A stretch of 64,000 nucleotides of DNA, taken from contig JABTUE010000002.1 of the NCBI GenBank assembly GCA_015075515.1, forward strand, positions 661,478 through 725,477, read 5' to 3'. The position numbers and the translations under genes were made by a program. Source of the stretch: Planctomycetota bacterium (GTDB taxonomy: Bacteria; Planctomycetota; UBA8742; UBA2392). Of this stretch, positions 10,334 through 19,174 are shown one piece after another (positions within the stretch are counted from its first letter, which is position 1; each line of letters begins with the position of its first letter). Below the pieces are notes generated by a model that saw only the letters and a list, made by a program, of their open reading frames with translations, was not told the DNA's origin and searched no databases.

Positions 10334-11761
10334 TTACCCGGTGTCGCCGGGTTTGCGCGGCGTGGGCAGGCGCACGCTTTTCTGGCCGGGGTTGGTCGGG
10401 GGCGCGCCGGGCAGGCGCACGCTGGTGCCCGCGTTGGGCAGGCGCACGCTGGTGCCGGGCTTGATCGGCGGCTTGCGGATCGAGCTGGTGTTGCTGCCGG
10501 CCCCGGTCACCGGCGGCTTGCGCACACTGCCCGCGGGGCCGCCCACCGGCGCCATGCGTGTGGAACTGTTGCGCACCGGCGCGAACTTGCCCGTGCTGTG
10601 GCCCGCCAGGCGCTGGGTGGAACTGGGATTGCCCAGCATGAACGGGCTGGTCGGGTCGTTTTCGGGGTTGTACTGAAGGTCCGCCGCGCCCTGCAGCACC
10701 TCGGTCACGTCGTCCACCACCTCGCGCGCTGTCTGGTACCGGAAGTCGCGTTCCTTGCTCATCATCTTTTCGATGAAGTAGTGCATGTGCACGCTGATCT
10801 TGCCGCCCTTGAGCGTGTGCTGGTTCAAACCTTCCATCACCTGCTTGGCCATGACCTCCATGCTGTCCTTGCCGGTGAACGGCAGTTCGCCGATCACCAT
10901 GTGGTACAGCGTGGCGCCCAGACTGTAGATGTCGGCGCGGATGTCCAGGTCGGCCATGCCGCGGGCCTGTTCGGGGCTGATGTACTGCACAGTGCCGCAG
11001 GTTTCGTCTTCGTACTGGCCGGCCAGGTCCTTGCGGATTGGCGTGGCAAAACCCAGATCCACCAGCATCACGCGCCCGTCGCCGGCCCACATGATGTTGT
11101 CGGGCTTGACGTCGCGGTGCACCACGCCGCGTTCCTGCATGTAGGCCAGGGCGCGCGCGGCCTCCAGAATCACGTACACCGACTTCTGTTCGTCAAACGG
11201 CCCGTCGCGGTCCAGCAGGTCCTGGATGCTGGGGCCGTCAATGTATTCCATGCTCATGAAGTACAGCGGGCTGCCGGAATCCTTGCCCACCACGCCGTAG
11301 TCGTAGCCCTTGGCGATGTTTTCGCACTCAAACTCTTTCAGCAGCCGGCCTTCGCGGATGAAGCGCTCGACGAACTTCTTGTTGCTGACGTGTTTGGGGT
11401 ACAGAACTTTCAGCGCGCACCTGGCGCCGGTCTGCTTGTTGCGCGCCAGAAACACCTGGGCCATGCCGCCGGCGCCGATCTCGCGCTCGACCTCGAAAAT
11501 CGGAATCCGCCGCGCCTCTTCCAGCGACACGCTGTCGCCAACGCCCGGAATGTCCACCGGCCCGCCGCCGCCGCTGAGATTGGCCGCCTGTTCGGGCGTC
11601 AGGTACTTCTTCTTCAGCGCGATCTGCACCAGCGGAATGTCAACGCCCTTGGCCTCCTTGACCGCGGCCTGCAGGTCCATGCATTCCTGCACCCGCTCCT
11701 TGGTCAGCAGGCCCTGCTTGACGGCCAGCGCCATCAGCATCATTTCCTGGTTGGCGGCCAT
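10334..11761 (-). CDS. Serine/threonine protein kinase (Hanks-type) with an N-terminal ~60-aa extension and a Pro-rich C-terminal tail containing SVRLP repeats.
   Basis: Gly-loop and VAIK-like region (ARCALKVL). HRDVKPDNIM catalytic loop. DLGFA (DFG variant). SPE (YISPEQ) activation segment. C-terminal GTSVRLPNAGTSVRLPGAPPTNPGQKSVRLP. Confidence 0.9.
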   Translation of the reverse strand: MAANQEMMLMALAVKQGLLTKERVQECMDLQAAVKEAKGVDIPLVQIALKKKYLTPEQAANLSGGGGPVDIPGVGDSVSLEEARRIPIFEVEREIGAGGMAQVFLARNKQTGARCALKVLYPKHVSNKKFVERFIREGRLLKEFECENIAKGYDYGVVGKDSGSPLYFMSMEYIDGPSIQDLLDRDGPFDEQKSVYVILEAARALAYMQERGVVHRDVKPDNIMWAGDGRVMLVDLGFATPIRKDLAGQYEDETCGTVQYISPEQARGMADLDIRADIYSLGATLYHMVIGELPFTGKDSMEVMAKQVMEGLNQHTLKGGKISVHMHYFIEKMMSKERDFRYQTAREVVDDVTEVLQGAADLQYNPENDPTSPFMLGNPSSTQRLAGHSTGKFAPVRNSSTRMAPVGGPAGSVRKPPVTGAGSNTSSIRKPPIKPGTSVRLPNAGTSVRLPGAPPTNPGQKSVRLPTPRKPGDTG

Positions 11762-12054
11762 CAGGAATCACCGCCTTCGTCGGGGTCGTCAATCAGGATT
11801 TCGTCGCACATCTTGTGCACGCCGTTGATCACCAGCACCGTGATCAGCTCGCGTTCCTCGGCCGGAAAATCGTCCAGCGCGTCCTTGATCGCCATCAGGC
11901 AGTCGCGGATGCGCAGTTCCTGCGCGTCCACGCGGCGCGACAGCTCGGGGTGCTTCAGCTTGATCGTGCGCACGCGATCGAAGATGCGGGTGACCATGCC
12001 CGGCGTGAAATCGCCCGCGTCTTTGGGTTCCGCCTTTGCCGCTTTGGGGGCCAT
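11761..12054 (-). CDS. Small hypothetical acidic protein (97 aa) translationally coupled to the downstream Ser/Thr kinase by an ATGA overlap.
   Basis: Its TGA stop (11761-11763, complement) overlaps the kinase ATG (11759-11761, complement). High GC3. Sensible composition (MAPKAAKAEPKDAGDF...DDPDEGGDS). Confidence 0.6.
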   Translation of the reverse strand: MAPKAAKAEPKDAGDFTPGMVTRIFDRVRTIKLKHPELSRRVDAQELRIRDCLMAIKDALDDFPAEERELITVLVINGVHKMCDEILIDDPDEGGDS

Positions 12055-12177
12055 GAATGCTCCGCCTACAGTGTATGTCCTAACGCACAGGCCGCGCGAG
12101 AGATTTCACGCTACCTGACGCAGCATTACCCGTTATCATGCCTTGGGGACCAAAAGCTTACCAATCCGGGGGTTGCA

Positions 12178-12699
12178 ATGCATTACCGTGCTGTCGCCGC
12201 CGTCTGTCTGGCCCTGTCTCTGGGTCTGGGCGTTGTGTCAACCGTCATGGGCCAGGCCAAGGCCAAGGAAGAGCCCAAGGTCGAGCCCAAGAAAGAAGAA
12301 CCCAAAAAGGAAGACCCGAAGAAAGAAGAACCCAAGGAAGCCCCCAAGCCCCTGACCAGCGACGAATACGACGCCCTGATGAAGAAGATCAAGACCGCGC
12401 AGGGCAAGCTGCGCGCCAACCTGCGCAACAAAAAGGGCGCCGAGGCCGCCGAAGCCGGCGAAGAACTGGCCAAGCTGGCCGCCGAGATTCTGCGCTATGA
12501 CGGCGACGTCAAGGAAGGCGACAACAAGGGCCAGAAAGTCCGCGACCAGAAAGACTTCAAGCAGTGGGCGGAAGACCTGAAAAAGGCCGGTGAAACCGTA
12601 GCCAAACACGCCAAGGCCGGCAAGTGGGACGACGCCGACAAGGAAAAGGACAACATCGGCCGCACCTGCAGCAACTGCCACGACGTGTACGACAAGTAG
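12178..12699 (+). CDS. Class II c-type cytochrome (cytochrome c'-like four-helix-bundle family). It has a signal peptide, a Lys/Glu/Pro-rich linker and a C-terminal CXXCH.
   Basis: Signal peptide MHYRAVAAVCLALSLGLGVVSTVMG. Low-complexity KAKEEPKVEPKKEEPKKEDPKKEEPKEAPK linker. The single heme-binding motif CSNCH lies 5 residues from the C-terminus (…RTCSNCHDVYDK), the arrangement characteristic of cytochrome c' and c556. GGGGG Shine-Dalgarno 6 nt upstream of the ATG. Confidence 0.7.
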   Translation: MHYRAVAAVCLALSLGLGVVSTVMGQAKAKEEPKVEPKKEEPKKEDPKKEEPKEAPKPLTSDEYDALMKKIKTAQGKLRANLRNKKGAEAAEAGEELAKLAAEILRYDGDVKEGDNKGQKVRDQKDFKQWAEDLKKAGETVAKHAKAGKWDDADKEKDNIGRTCSNCHDVYDK

Positions 12700-12784
12700 A
12701 CCCCGCAAACTCCGCCGCGGGCGCGATCACGCAGTGACGCGATCCGCGGTTGCGCGTTTGCGGCCATGCCGGCGCGCAAATGTT

Positions 12785-12812
12785 GAAGGGGCGACTCGGG
12801 AGTGTCGCCCCT
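12785..12812. terminator. Stem-loop between convergent genes (cytochrome c-like, plus strand, and FHA-CAP gene, minus strand). Likely a bidirectional terminator.
   Basis: Perfect 10-bp stem aaggggcgac / gtcgcccctt with 8-nt loop tcgggagt. No strong U-tract, so possibly a factor-dependent or weak intrinsic terminator. Confidence 0.45.
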
Positions 12813-12867
12813 TCGAGCCAGGCCGCGCTGGGCATCGTGGCCTGACAGTCAACTGTCTGCGGGCGGG

Positions 12868-15663
12868 TTACTGGCCGCCGCGGCTTTCGGTGTTGCCGGT
12901 ACCTTCGTCCTTGCCGCCGAAGTTCTGGGTCCAGATGTTGCCGAACTTGCCGCTGCCCAGCACGCGCCAGGCCGGGTGCAGGATGTTGCGGTGGTGGCCG
13001 CTGCTGTTGCACCAGGCGTCGTGGCTGCTCTGGGCCGTGGGGCCGCGCCCGTTCATGTGGATGTTTTCGCCGCCGGGGCCGTTGTAGCCCTCATAGCGCA
13101 TGCGTTCGGCGGGGTTGTTGCCGCGCGGTCCGCCGGGCGAATCGTGGGCGATCTGGCCGCCGTTCTGCTCCACGCACCACTTGCTGTGGTGCCACGCGGC
13201 CCAGAACAGCTTGTCGTTGATCTTCAGCGCCACGCGCCCGAACATGATGCGGTACTCGTTGGTGATGCGTACCTGTTCGCGGCCGTCGCCGTCGGTGTGG
13301 CCCTGGCCGGTCGGGAACTTTTCGTTGTATTCCATGATCTCGCGGTTGAGGCTGATCAGGGCCTTGCGCTGCTTGTCTTCGGCCGGGGCGTAGTTGCGGA
13401 TGCTCAGGGCCTTGTTGGCGATGGTTTCCACGTACTTGATGTCTTCTTCGGGTGTGCCGGTGTAGAACTTCTGTTCGGGGTCAAGCTGCGCCATCCGTTC
13501 GCAGATCGCGCGCACGCGGGCCAGAATCGCCTCGTATTCGGGGTTGGTCTGGCCGGTGAACTTGGTGGGATCGTTCCAGATCTCGCGCACCGCCGCCACG
13601 CGCTGGTTGACTTCGGCCTGGACCTCGGCCTGGTTGGGGCCGTAGGGGTACGGGTAGCGCACGGTGTCCATGATCAGTTCCAGCGCGTGCGCCCGGCGCT
13701 TGTCCAGTTCGGTCAGCAGCGCGCGCATCTTGGTGTCGTCGCTGGCCAGCAGTCCCGTAGCGGCCTCGGCCCGGGCGATTTCGGCCTGGCGCAGCTTGTC
13801 CAGAATCGCCACGGCGGGGCCCACGGCGCGCTCGCCCATGGACTGGATTTCGGCAAAGGCCTTTTCCGCTTCCTCGGCCTTCTTCCTGTCCTTGCTGCCG
13901 GCGTTTTTCTCAAACCGCGTCAGCACCGCGCGCAGCCGCCGGTCGAACTCGATGTTTTCGCGCTCGGCGGGCGCGATCAGCGCGCCCTCGAACTCGATGT
14001 AGCCGCCCTCGGGAATCGCCATGCGGCGTTTGGTGGCAATCAGGATGTCAATGCCTTCCTTCCAGCCGTTTTCTTTCTTGTACAGAGCGCAGGCGCGCTT
14101 GCTGGCCTCGTCCACCAGACCGGCGTTGAAGGCAAAGATCACCGCCGCCAGCAGGTCTTCGCTGGTCAGCCCGGGCACCCGGTCGTAAAGCTGCAGCATG
14201 TCCTCGGGCGCGATCTCGGACCACTTGACGCGGGTGCGGAACGGGATTTCCTCGCCGGTCTTCTTGTCCGTGCTTGAGGCGTCAATCGTGATCTTGTCGT
14301 CGCTGGCGTCCTTGATCTGCGCGGGCTTGCCGCGGTAGGTAAAGCGCCGGTCGGTCAGCTTCTGGCCTTGCGCCGCGGCCACCAGCTTCTTGTGCAGGGC
14401 CGCCAGCAGCTTTTCCTCGCTGCGCGCGCCGTCGGCCAGCAGCGGGTTTTTACCCGGCAGGTTTTCTTTGGTTTCCTTGACGCGATCCAGCACCGAAGGC
14501 TTGCGCGGCGTGTCCACCACCGGCGTTTCTTCGGGGGCGCTGGTGGCCTTGAGTTCGTACAGCTTGGCCTGTTCGGCGCGGTACAGTGATTCTTCTTCGG
14601 CGCTCAGCCAGGCGCGGTCCAGCACCATGGCCAGAATCGCCAGCGCGTCGTCGTAACGCTTAAGATCGCGCAGGTCCGTAACCTGGGCAAAGGCGCCGCC
14701 GACCCAGCGTTCGTTGGCTTTGACCGCGTCGGTGCGGAACTTTTCGATGCGCGAACGGTAGTTGTTGCCCGTGGCGCGCAGGTATTCGTTGCTGTTCAGC
14801 CACGCGGCCAGCGTGGCCGCGCGCGAAATACCGCGACGGAACTCGCCGTCTTCCAGATCGGCCGAAGCCGCCGCCAGGTCGCCCTCAACGCGGGTCTTGA
14901 CCTCGGTGTCCAGTTCGCGCAGCACCGCCGCGCGCAGGTCCGAAATGCGTCCGGCCGCCACGCTGCCGTGCTTGCCCTTCAGCGGTTCGGCCAGCTTGTC
15001 CAGCGCGTTCAGGCGTTCCAGCGCCGGGGCCGACGAACCGGCCTTTTCTTCGGCCAGGGCAATCGCGGCCTTTTCGTCTTCGGAAAGTTCGGCCTGGCGC
15101 GGGATCACCGGGCCGGTGCGGGCCACTTCGGGCTGCTGGCCGCCGCCGCCCAGGTTGCTGAACAGCAGGTACGAACCAACGCCCAGCACAACCACCGCCG
15201 CGGCCGCCGCCGCCAGCGCGAACACCGGCGGCTTCTTGGACGGCATGGCGTGCACCGGCGCTTCGCCTTCGGGACGGTCCGCGCGCGGCGCCTTGGGTGC
15301 AGCCCGCCGTGCGGGCCGGGCTGCCACCGGCGCCCCCCCGGGAGCGGGTGAGGCCTGGGCCACATCGGCCGGCAGCAATCCGGTCACCTGGATGCGCGTC
15401 TTGCCGATGATGATGACGTCGTTTTCCTTAAGGTAGGCGAAGTTCACCTTTTCGTCGTTGACCACCGTGCCGTTGGATGACATCTGGTCTACCAGCTTCC
15501 AGCCGTCCACCGTGCGTTCCAGCGTCAGATGTTCGCGCGAGGCCGCCTTTTCGTCGGGAATGGCCAGGTCATTGGAGGGCGCGCGGCCGACCTTGATGAT
15601 GCCCAGGTCAGGGTTGGGGTTGAACTCGCGCACCACACCGTTTTCGGATACCAGAAGTTTCAT
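12868..15663 (-). CDS. FHA-domain membrane protein with a long coiled-coil-rich extracytoplasmic region and a C-terminal CAP (SCP/PR-1-like) domain.
   Basis: N-terminus MKLLVSENGVVREFNPNPDLGIIKVGRAPSNDLAIPDEKAASREHLTLERTVDGWKLVDQMSSNGTVVND (FHA: GR...N.....SR.H..L......D..S.NGT.VN). Single TM segment (VFALAAAAAAVVVLGVGSYLLF). C-terminal block with ...GHHRNILHPAWRVLGSG... and ...HDSPGG...GENI..., resembling CAP-domain motifs. 931 aa. Confidence 0.8.
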   Translation of the reverse strand: MKLLVSENGVVREFNPNPDLGIIKVGRAPSNDLAIPDEKAASREHLTLERTVDGWKLVDQMSSNGTVVNDEKVNFAYLKENDVIIIGKTRIQVTGLLPADVAQASPAPGGAPVAARPARRAAPKAPRADRPEGEAPVHAMPSKKPPVFALAAAAAAVVVLGVGSYLLFSNLGGGGQQPEVARTGPVIPRQAELSEDEKAAIALAEEKAGSSAPALERLNALDKLAEPLKGKHGSVAAGRISDLRAAVLRELDTEVKTRVEGDLAAASADLEDGEFRRGISRAATLAAWLNSNEYLRATGNNYRSRIEKFRTDAVKANERWVGGAFAQVTDLRDLKRYDDALAILAMVLDRAWLSAEEESLYRAEQAKLYELKATSAPEETPVVDTPRKPSVLDRVKETKENLPGKNPLLADGARSEEKLLAALHKKLVAAAQGQKLTDRRFTYRGKPAQIKDASDDKITIDASSTDKKTGEEIPFRTRVKWSEIAPEDMLQLYDRVPGLTSEDLLAAVIFAFNAGLVDEASKRACALYKKENGWKEGIDILIATKRRMAIPEGGYIEFEGALIAPAERENIEFDRRLRAVLTRFEKNAGSKDRKKAEEAEKAFAEIQSMGERAVGPAVAILDKLRQAEIARAEAATGLLASDDTKMRALLTELDKRRAHALELIMDTVRYPYPYGPNQAEVQAEVNQRVAAVREIWNDPTKFTGQTNPEYEAILARVRAICERMAQLDPEQKFYTGTPEEDIKYVETIANKALSIRNYAPAEDKQRKALISLNREIMEYNEKFPTGQGHTDGDGREQVRITNEYRIMFGRVALKINDKLFWAAWHHSKWCVEQNGGQIAHDSPGGPRGNNPAERMRYEGYNGPGGENIHMNGRGPTAQSSHDAWCNSSGHHRNILHPAWRVLGSGKFGNIWTQNFGGKDEGTGNTESRGGQ

Positions 15664-16044
15664 GGGGCTCTCCGCACAATCGTCAACCTGGTTACCAGCA
15701 CGGGCAGGTTCGCCTAAATCGGCCCGGCCGGAAGGGTTCCAACGACGCTATAGCGCATAGCCCGTGCCAATCCGGTTTTGGGGTGTGAGCAACGGCCCAA
15801 AGCCGGTGACGGGGCGACGCGAAAAGAGCGTGGCACGACGGGTGTGTAACTTACACACAAATCGGAAGGTTTGGATGCAGTTGGGCACTGTTTCCGAGGT
15901 GTCCAAATTTCTGGAAACCTTGATTTCAATAGGGTTACCAGTTAGTAGCCGGAAAATGGTCCTGTGTAGAAAGGACACAGTGACTGGAGAAGGTTGGATG
16001 GGCAGAGTCTGCGCCCAGGCCCGTGGCCCCTGACCTTAAACCCA
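15664..16044. promoter_or_regulatory. Low-GC intergenic region upstream of the FHA-CAP gene containing several palindromes. It is a putative promoter and operator region.
   Basis: GTGTGTAAcTTACACAC is a perfect 7+7 palindrome at 15843-15862. CTGTGT-N7-ACACAG lies near 15958-15980. GTTTCC/GGAAAC and TTTGGA/TCCAAA inverted repeats lie at ~15869-15925. Local GC is markedly below the window average. Confidence 0.4.
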
Positions 16045-16070
16045 GCGGCCCCGGCGCGAACCGGGGCCGC
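16045..16070 (-). terminator. Hairpin 18 bp downstream of the stop of the 1029-aa gene. Putative intrinsic terminator.
   Basis: 10-bp perfect stem gcggccccgg / ccggggccgc with loop cgcgaa. On the minus strand it is followed by GGGTTTAAGG (short T-run). Confidence 0.45.
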
Positions 16071-16087
16071 CACAGCGCAACAGCGCG

Positions 16088-19000
16088 TCAGTTGCCAGTC
16101 TTGATTTCCGTGTCTGATTCGCGGTACCAGAAGGCCCGCTGGCGGCGGATCAGATCGCGGAAGTTTTCAAACTCGTCGCCCAGCCGTTCAAACCGCACGC
16201 GGTAGACCCATTCTTCCGACGCATAGCGCGGGTTGAAGTAGGTCTTCTTGACCGGCGTCTTGCCCAGGTCGGCCGGGTTGGGCACTTCCTTGACCGATTC
16301 GTCCACAGACAGGCCGGCCTTGGCCACCTGGCCGCGCAGCCCGCGCACGATCACGTTGGCCCAGTCCCAGTCGCGGCTGACGTTGCGGAAGATGGCCACG
16401 CCCCACATTTCGCTGACGTAACGGGTAATGAAGCGCGGGGCGTCGGCGCCGTCCCAGCGGTTGGCGGGGCCGATCTTGTCGGCCAGGCGCGTGATCACCT
16501 GCCACTCGCCGCTGTCGGGATCCTGGTAGACCATCGGGGGCGGCACGGTCCAGCGCCGCCAGGTCTGCATGTTTTCTTCCAGGGCGTTGTCCTTGACCTC
16601 GGTTTCTTCAAAATCGCCGCTGTCCACGGCCTTGCCGCGGCGCACGTCGCCGCCCTGGCTGACAAAGCGGTCGCGGAAGCGGTTGACATAGCGGATCACG
16701 GTGCGCGAGCGCACCTCAAAGCCGTCGGCCTTGGCGCGGGCTTCGGCGTCCTGCCAGCTTTCGACGCGGGCGCCGGCGGGCACGCGCACGCCGTCGGCGA
16801 ACACGCCGACCACAACCGGCTCGGTGGTCTTGCGGGCGCGCACGATCTTGACCTTGACGACCTCGCGGCCGGGTTCCTTGCCGTTGGCCTGGGCGTATTC
16901 TTCTCTGGTCAGGTACGAAACCTTGCCCTCGGCGTCGCGGGATTCATAGCCGTCCAGCACTTCGGGCTCGGTGATTTCGCGGTTTTCATAGATCAGGCGC
17001 GACAGCGGCGCGACGTCAACCTCGCCGGCGGGGCCGCGCTTGACCATCATGCGGATTTCTTCCTGCACCAGCTTCCAGCGGTCGCCGCCGTACTGGCCCT
17101 TGAAGCCTTCGTCTTCCTGGGCCTCGGACGCGTAGTGGTACAGGTACACGTATTCGTATTCGTATTCCTTCAGGTACAGCAACTGGTCGAACTCGTCGCG
17201 CACCAGATCGCCCTTTTCGTCGCTCATGGGCACGCGCACGCCGCTGAACTCGTCGTGCCAGTCGGCCCAGGCGCCGTGCTGGTCAAACCGGGGCACCGGC
17301 ACCGCGTTTTCGCCGGGGCCGCCCAGCGGCGCGTACACGTATTCTTCGCCGGGGCGCAGGCTGGCGCCTTCGGGGATCGGGGCCACGCGATTGGTCGTGT
17401 ATTCACCGTCGGGGTCACGCATGAAGTCGTCGGCCTGGATCGTGCGCGGGTCGTAAGGCCGGCCGGTCTTGTAATCCACGGTGGTCAGGATGATTTCGCC
17501 CTTGGGCCCCTTGCGGCCGGTGTTGACGCCGCGCTTGATGGTTTCGGGCTGGTTGCGGTCGGCGGGCCCGACGAAGTAGCCCAGCTTGATCTTGGGCAGA
17601 CCCACCAGCGGGTCGTCGGCGGTCAGGGGCCGGCCGACAATGTTGTTCAGGTTGGTGTAGCGTGCCAGCACGCCGGGCCCGATGCGCGCGCGCCAGATAT
17701 CCCATTCGGCCTGGGTGATCACGTCGCCGGCCTGGTAGGTGACCAGATACTTGCGCAGGGCGCGCCCGCGCGAGTCCACCATCTTGACCGGCTTGCCCAC
17801 AACATTGGCGCCGAACTTTTCGGTGCCGGCGTCAATCGCCTCGGCCTCGGCATAGCGCGGGTCGGCGGCGTTGATGATCACGCCATTGATCTTGAACGTG
17901 TCGTTGCGCCGGCCGGGGATGGTGATGCCGGTGTCGTGGTTGAACAGCACTTTGTCGCCGTCCTTGTACTGCAGGAAGTGCGGCATGGTCACGCCCTGGC
18001 CCACGGCCGGGTGGTTGGGGCCGATCAGGCCGTAGCTGTTTTCGCCCTCGCCGTTGCCGCCGGCGATGCGCGCGTTCAGATAGCCCGGGTCGTTGGCGCG
18101 CAGCACGCGGCCGTAGCGGTCAATGCAGTCGCCGGGTTCATAGCGGCGCTGGGTCAGCTTGCCCCACATGCGGTCGTCGGTGCTGGTCACCAGACGCGCG
18201 CCGTCGGGCAGGCGGTCGCCGGTGCCAAAGATGCCGGCATAGGTGTTGTCGGCAAACACGGCCACATAGCGCGTGGTTTCGACGCGCTCGTTGCCCTGCA
18301 GCACCACGGCGCGGTACGGCAGACAGCGCGGGCCGGACAGGTCGGGCGCGCTGCGGTCAAAGCCGCGGCCCATCTGGCGCTGGAAGTCCGACAGCGGGTG
18401 CAGCAGCGTCACCGGCTCGGGCGTGCCGGCAAAGTTGCCGTTCCATTCCCACATCTCTTCCTTTTCCGCAATGCGCTGCAGCACGAACGGATCCGACACC
18501 GCGCGGTAGGTGCGCTTGATGTTGGCCCGGCGTTCGGCCTCGGCCTGTTCCGATGCCGGAAGCTGGCTGGGCCGTTCGATTTCTTCGGGGTCGCGCGGCC
18601 ATTCGGTATCCCAGGGGTCGCGCTCGACGTTGCGCGTGAACACCTGAAGCTCGAAATCAATGTGGCAGTTGACCGGCACGCCCTCGAAGTTCGGGGTGTT
18701 GCCGCCGCGGATTTCCAGCGGCTCGGGCGGGCGGCCCAGGTCCACTTCTTCGGGGTTGGGCTCGGGCAGGGTCGTGGACTTGACCTGGCGCACGTTGTTG
18801 TTGATCACCCGGAACAGCACGTACCAGTATTCGCGGCTGGTGCCATCGGGGTAGTTCACCACGATGCTCTTGGGGTCGTACAGGTCAATCTTGAGCTGCC
18901 ACTGCGGGTCGTTCAGGTGCCGTTCGTTCTTTTCGCCGAACTGTTTGAAGTTTTCCGGCCCGTAGGGGTCGGGGCCGCCAAACCGCCCCGCCTGGTCGCT

Positions 19001-19174
19001 GGTGTTGCCCTGCATCGGGTGGTCAGGCCCCTGGTGGCTTTCGCGCGTGCCCTCTTTGCGCAGCTTTTCATGCTCGCTTTCAGGGATTTCCTTGAGCGAC
19101 TTCTGGGCCAGCGACAGGTTGAGCACCAGCCCCGCCAGGGCCAGCGCCGCCAGAGCGCGAAACACAATCCGCAT
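16088..19174 (-). CDS. Large secreted hypothetical protein (1029 aa) with no recognisable domains.
   Basis: Start at ATG 19174 (MRIVFRALAALALAGLVLNLSLAQ, a signal peptide) with GGAG 7 nt upstream. D/E/K/Y/W-rich balanced composition. Contains the unusual YEYEYVYLYHY stretch. The upstream in-frame extension to 19471 lacks coding character. Plus-strand ORF 17135..19180 is an H/V/G-rich antisense shadow. Confidence 0.75.
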   Translation of the reverse strand: MRIVFRALAALALAGLVLNLSLAQKSLKEIPESEHEKLRKEGTRESHQGPDHPMQGNTSDQAGRFGGPDPYGPENFKQFGEKNERHLNDPQWQLKIDLYDPKSIVVNYPDGTSREYWYVLFRVINNNVRQVKSTTLPEPNPEEVDLGRPPEPLEIRGGNTPNFEGVPVNCHIDFELQVFTRNVERDPWDTEWPRDPEEIERPSQLPASEQAEAERRANIKRTYRAVSDPFVLQRIAEKEEMWEWNGNFAGTPEPVTLLHPLSDFQRQMGRGFDRSAPDLSGPRCLPYRAVVLQGNERVETTRYVAVFADNTYAGIFGTGDRLPDGARLVTSTDDRMWGKLTQRRYEPGDCIDRYGRVLRANDPGYLNARIAGGNGEGENSYGLIGPNHPAVGQGVTMPHFLQYKDGDKVLFNHDTGITIPGRRNDTFKINGVIINAADPRYAEAEAIDAGTEKFGANVVGKPVKMVDSRGRALRKYLVTYQAGDVITQAEWDIWRARIGPGVLARYTNLNNIVGRPLTADDPLVGLPKIKLGYFVGPADRNQPETIKRGVNTGRKGPKGEIILTTVDYKTGRPYDPRTIQADDFMRDPDGEYTTNRVAPIPEGASLRPGEEYVYAPLGGPGENAVPVPRFDQHGAWADWHDEFSGVRVPMSDEKGDLVRDEFDQLLYLKEYEYEYVYLYHYASEAQEDEGFKGQYGGDRWKLVQEEIRMMVKRGPAGEVDVAPLSRLIYENREITEPEVLDGYESRDAEGKVSYLTREEYAQANGKEPGREVVKVKIVRARKTTEPVVVGVFADGVRVPAGARVESWQDAEARAKADGFEVRSRTVIRYVNRFRDRFVSQGGDVRRGKAVDSGDFEETEVKDNALEENMQTWRRWTVPPPMVYQDPDSGEWQVITRLADKIGPANRWDGADAPRFITRYVSEMWGVAIFRNVSRDWDWANVIVRGLRGQVAKAGLSVDESVKEVPNPADLGKTPVKKTYFNPRYASEEWVYRVRFERLGDEFENFRDLIRRQRAFWYRESDTEIKTGN

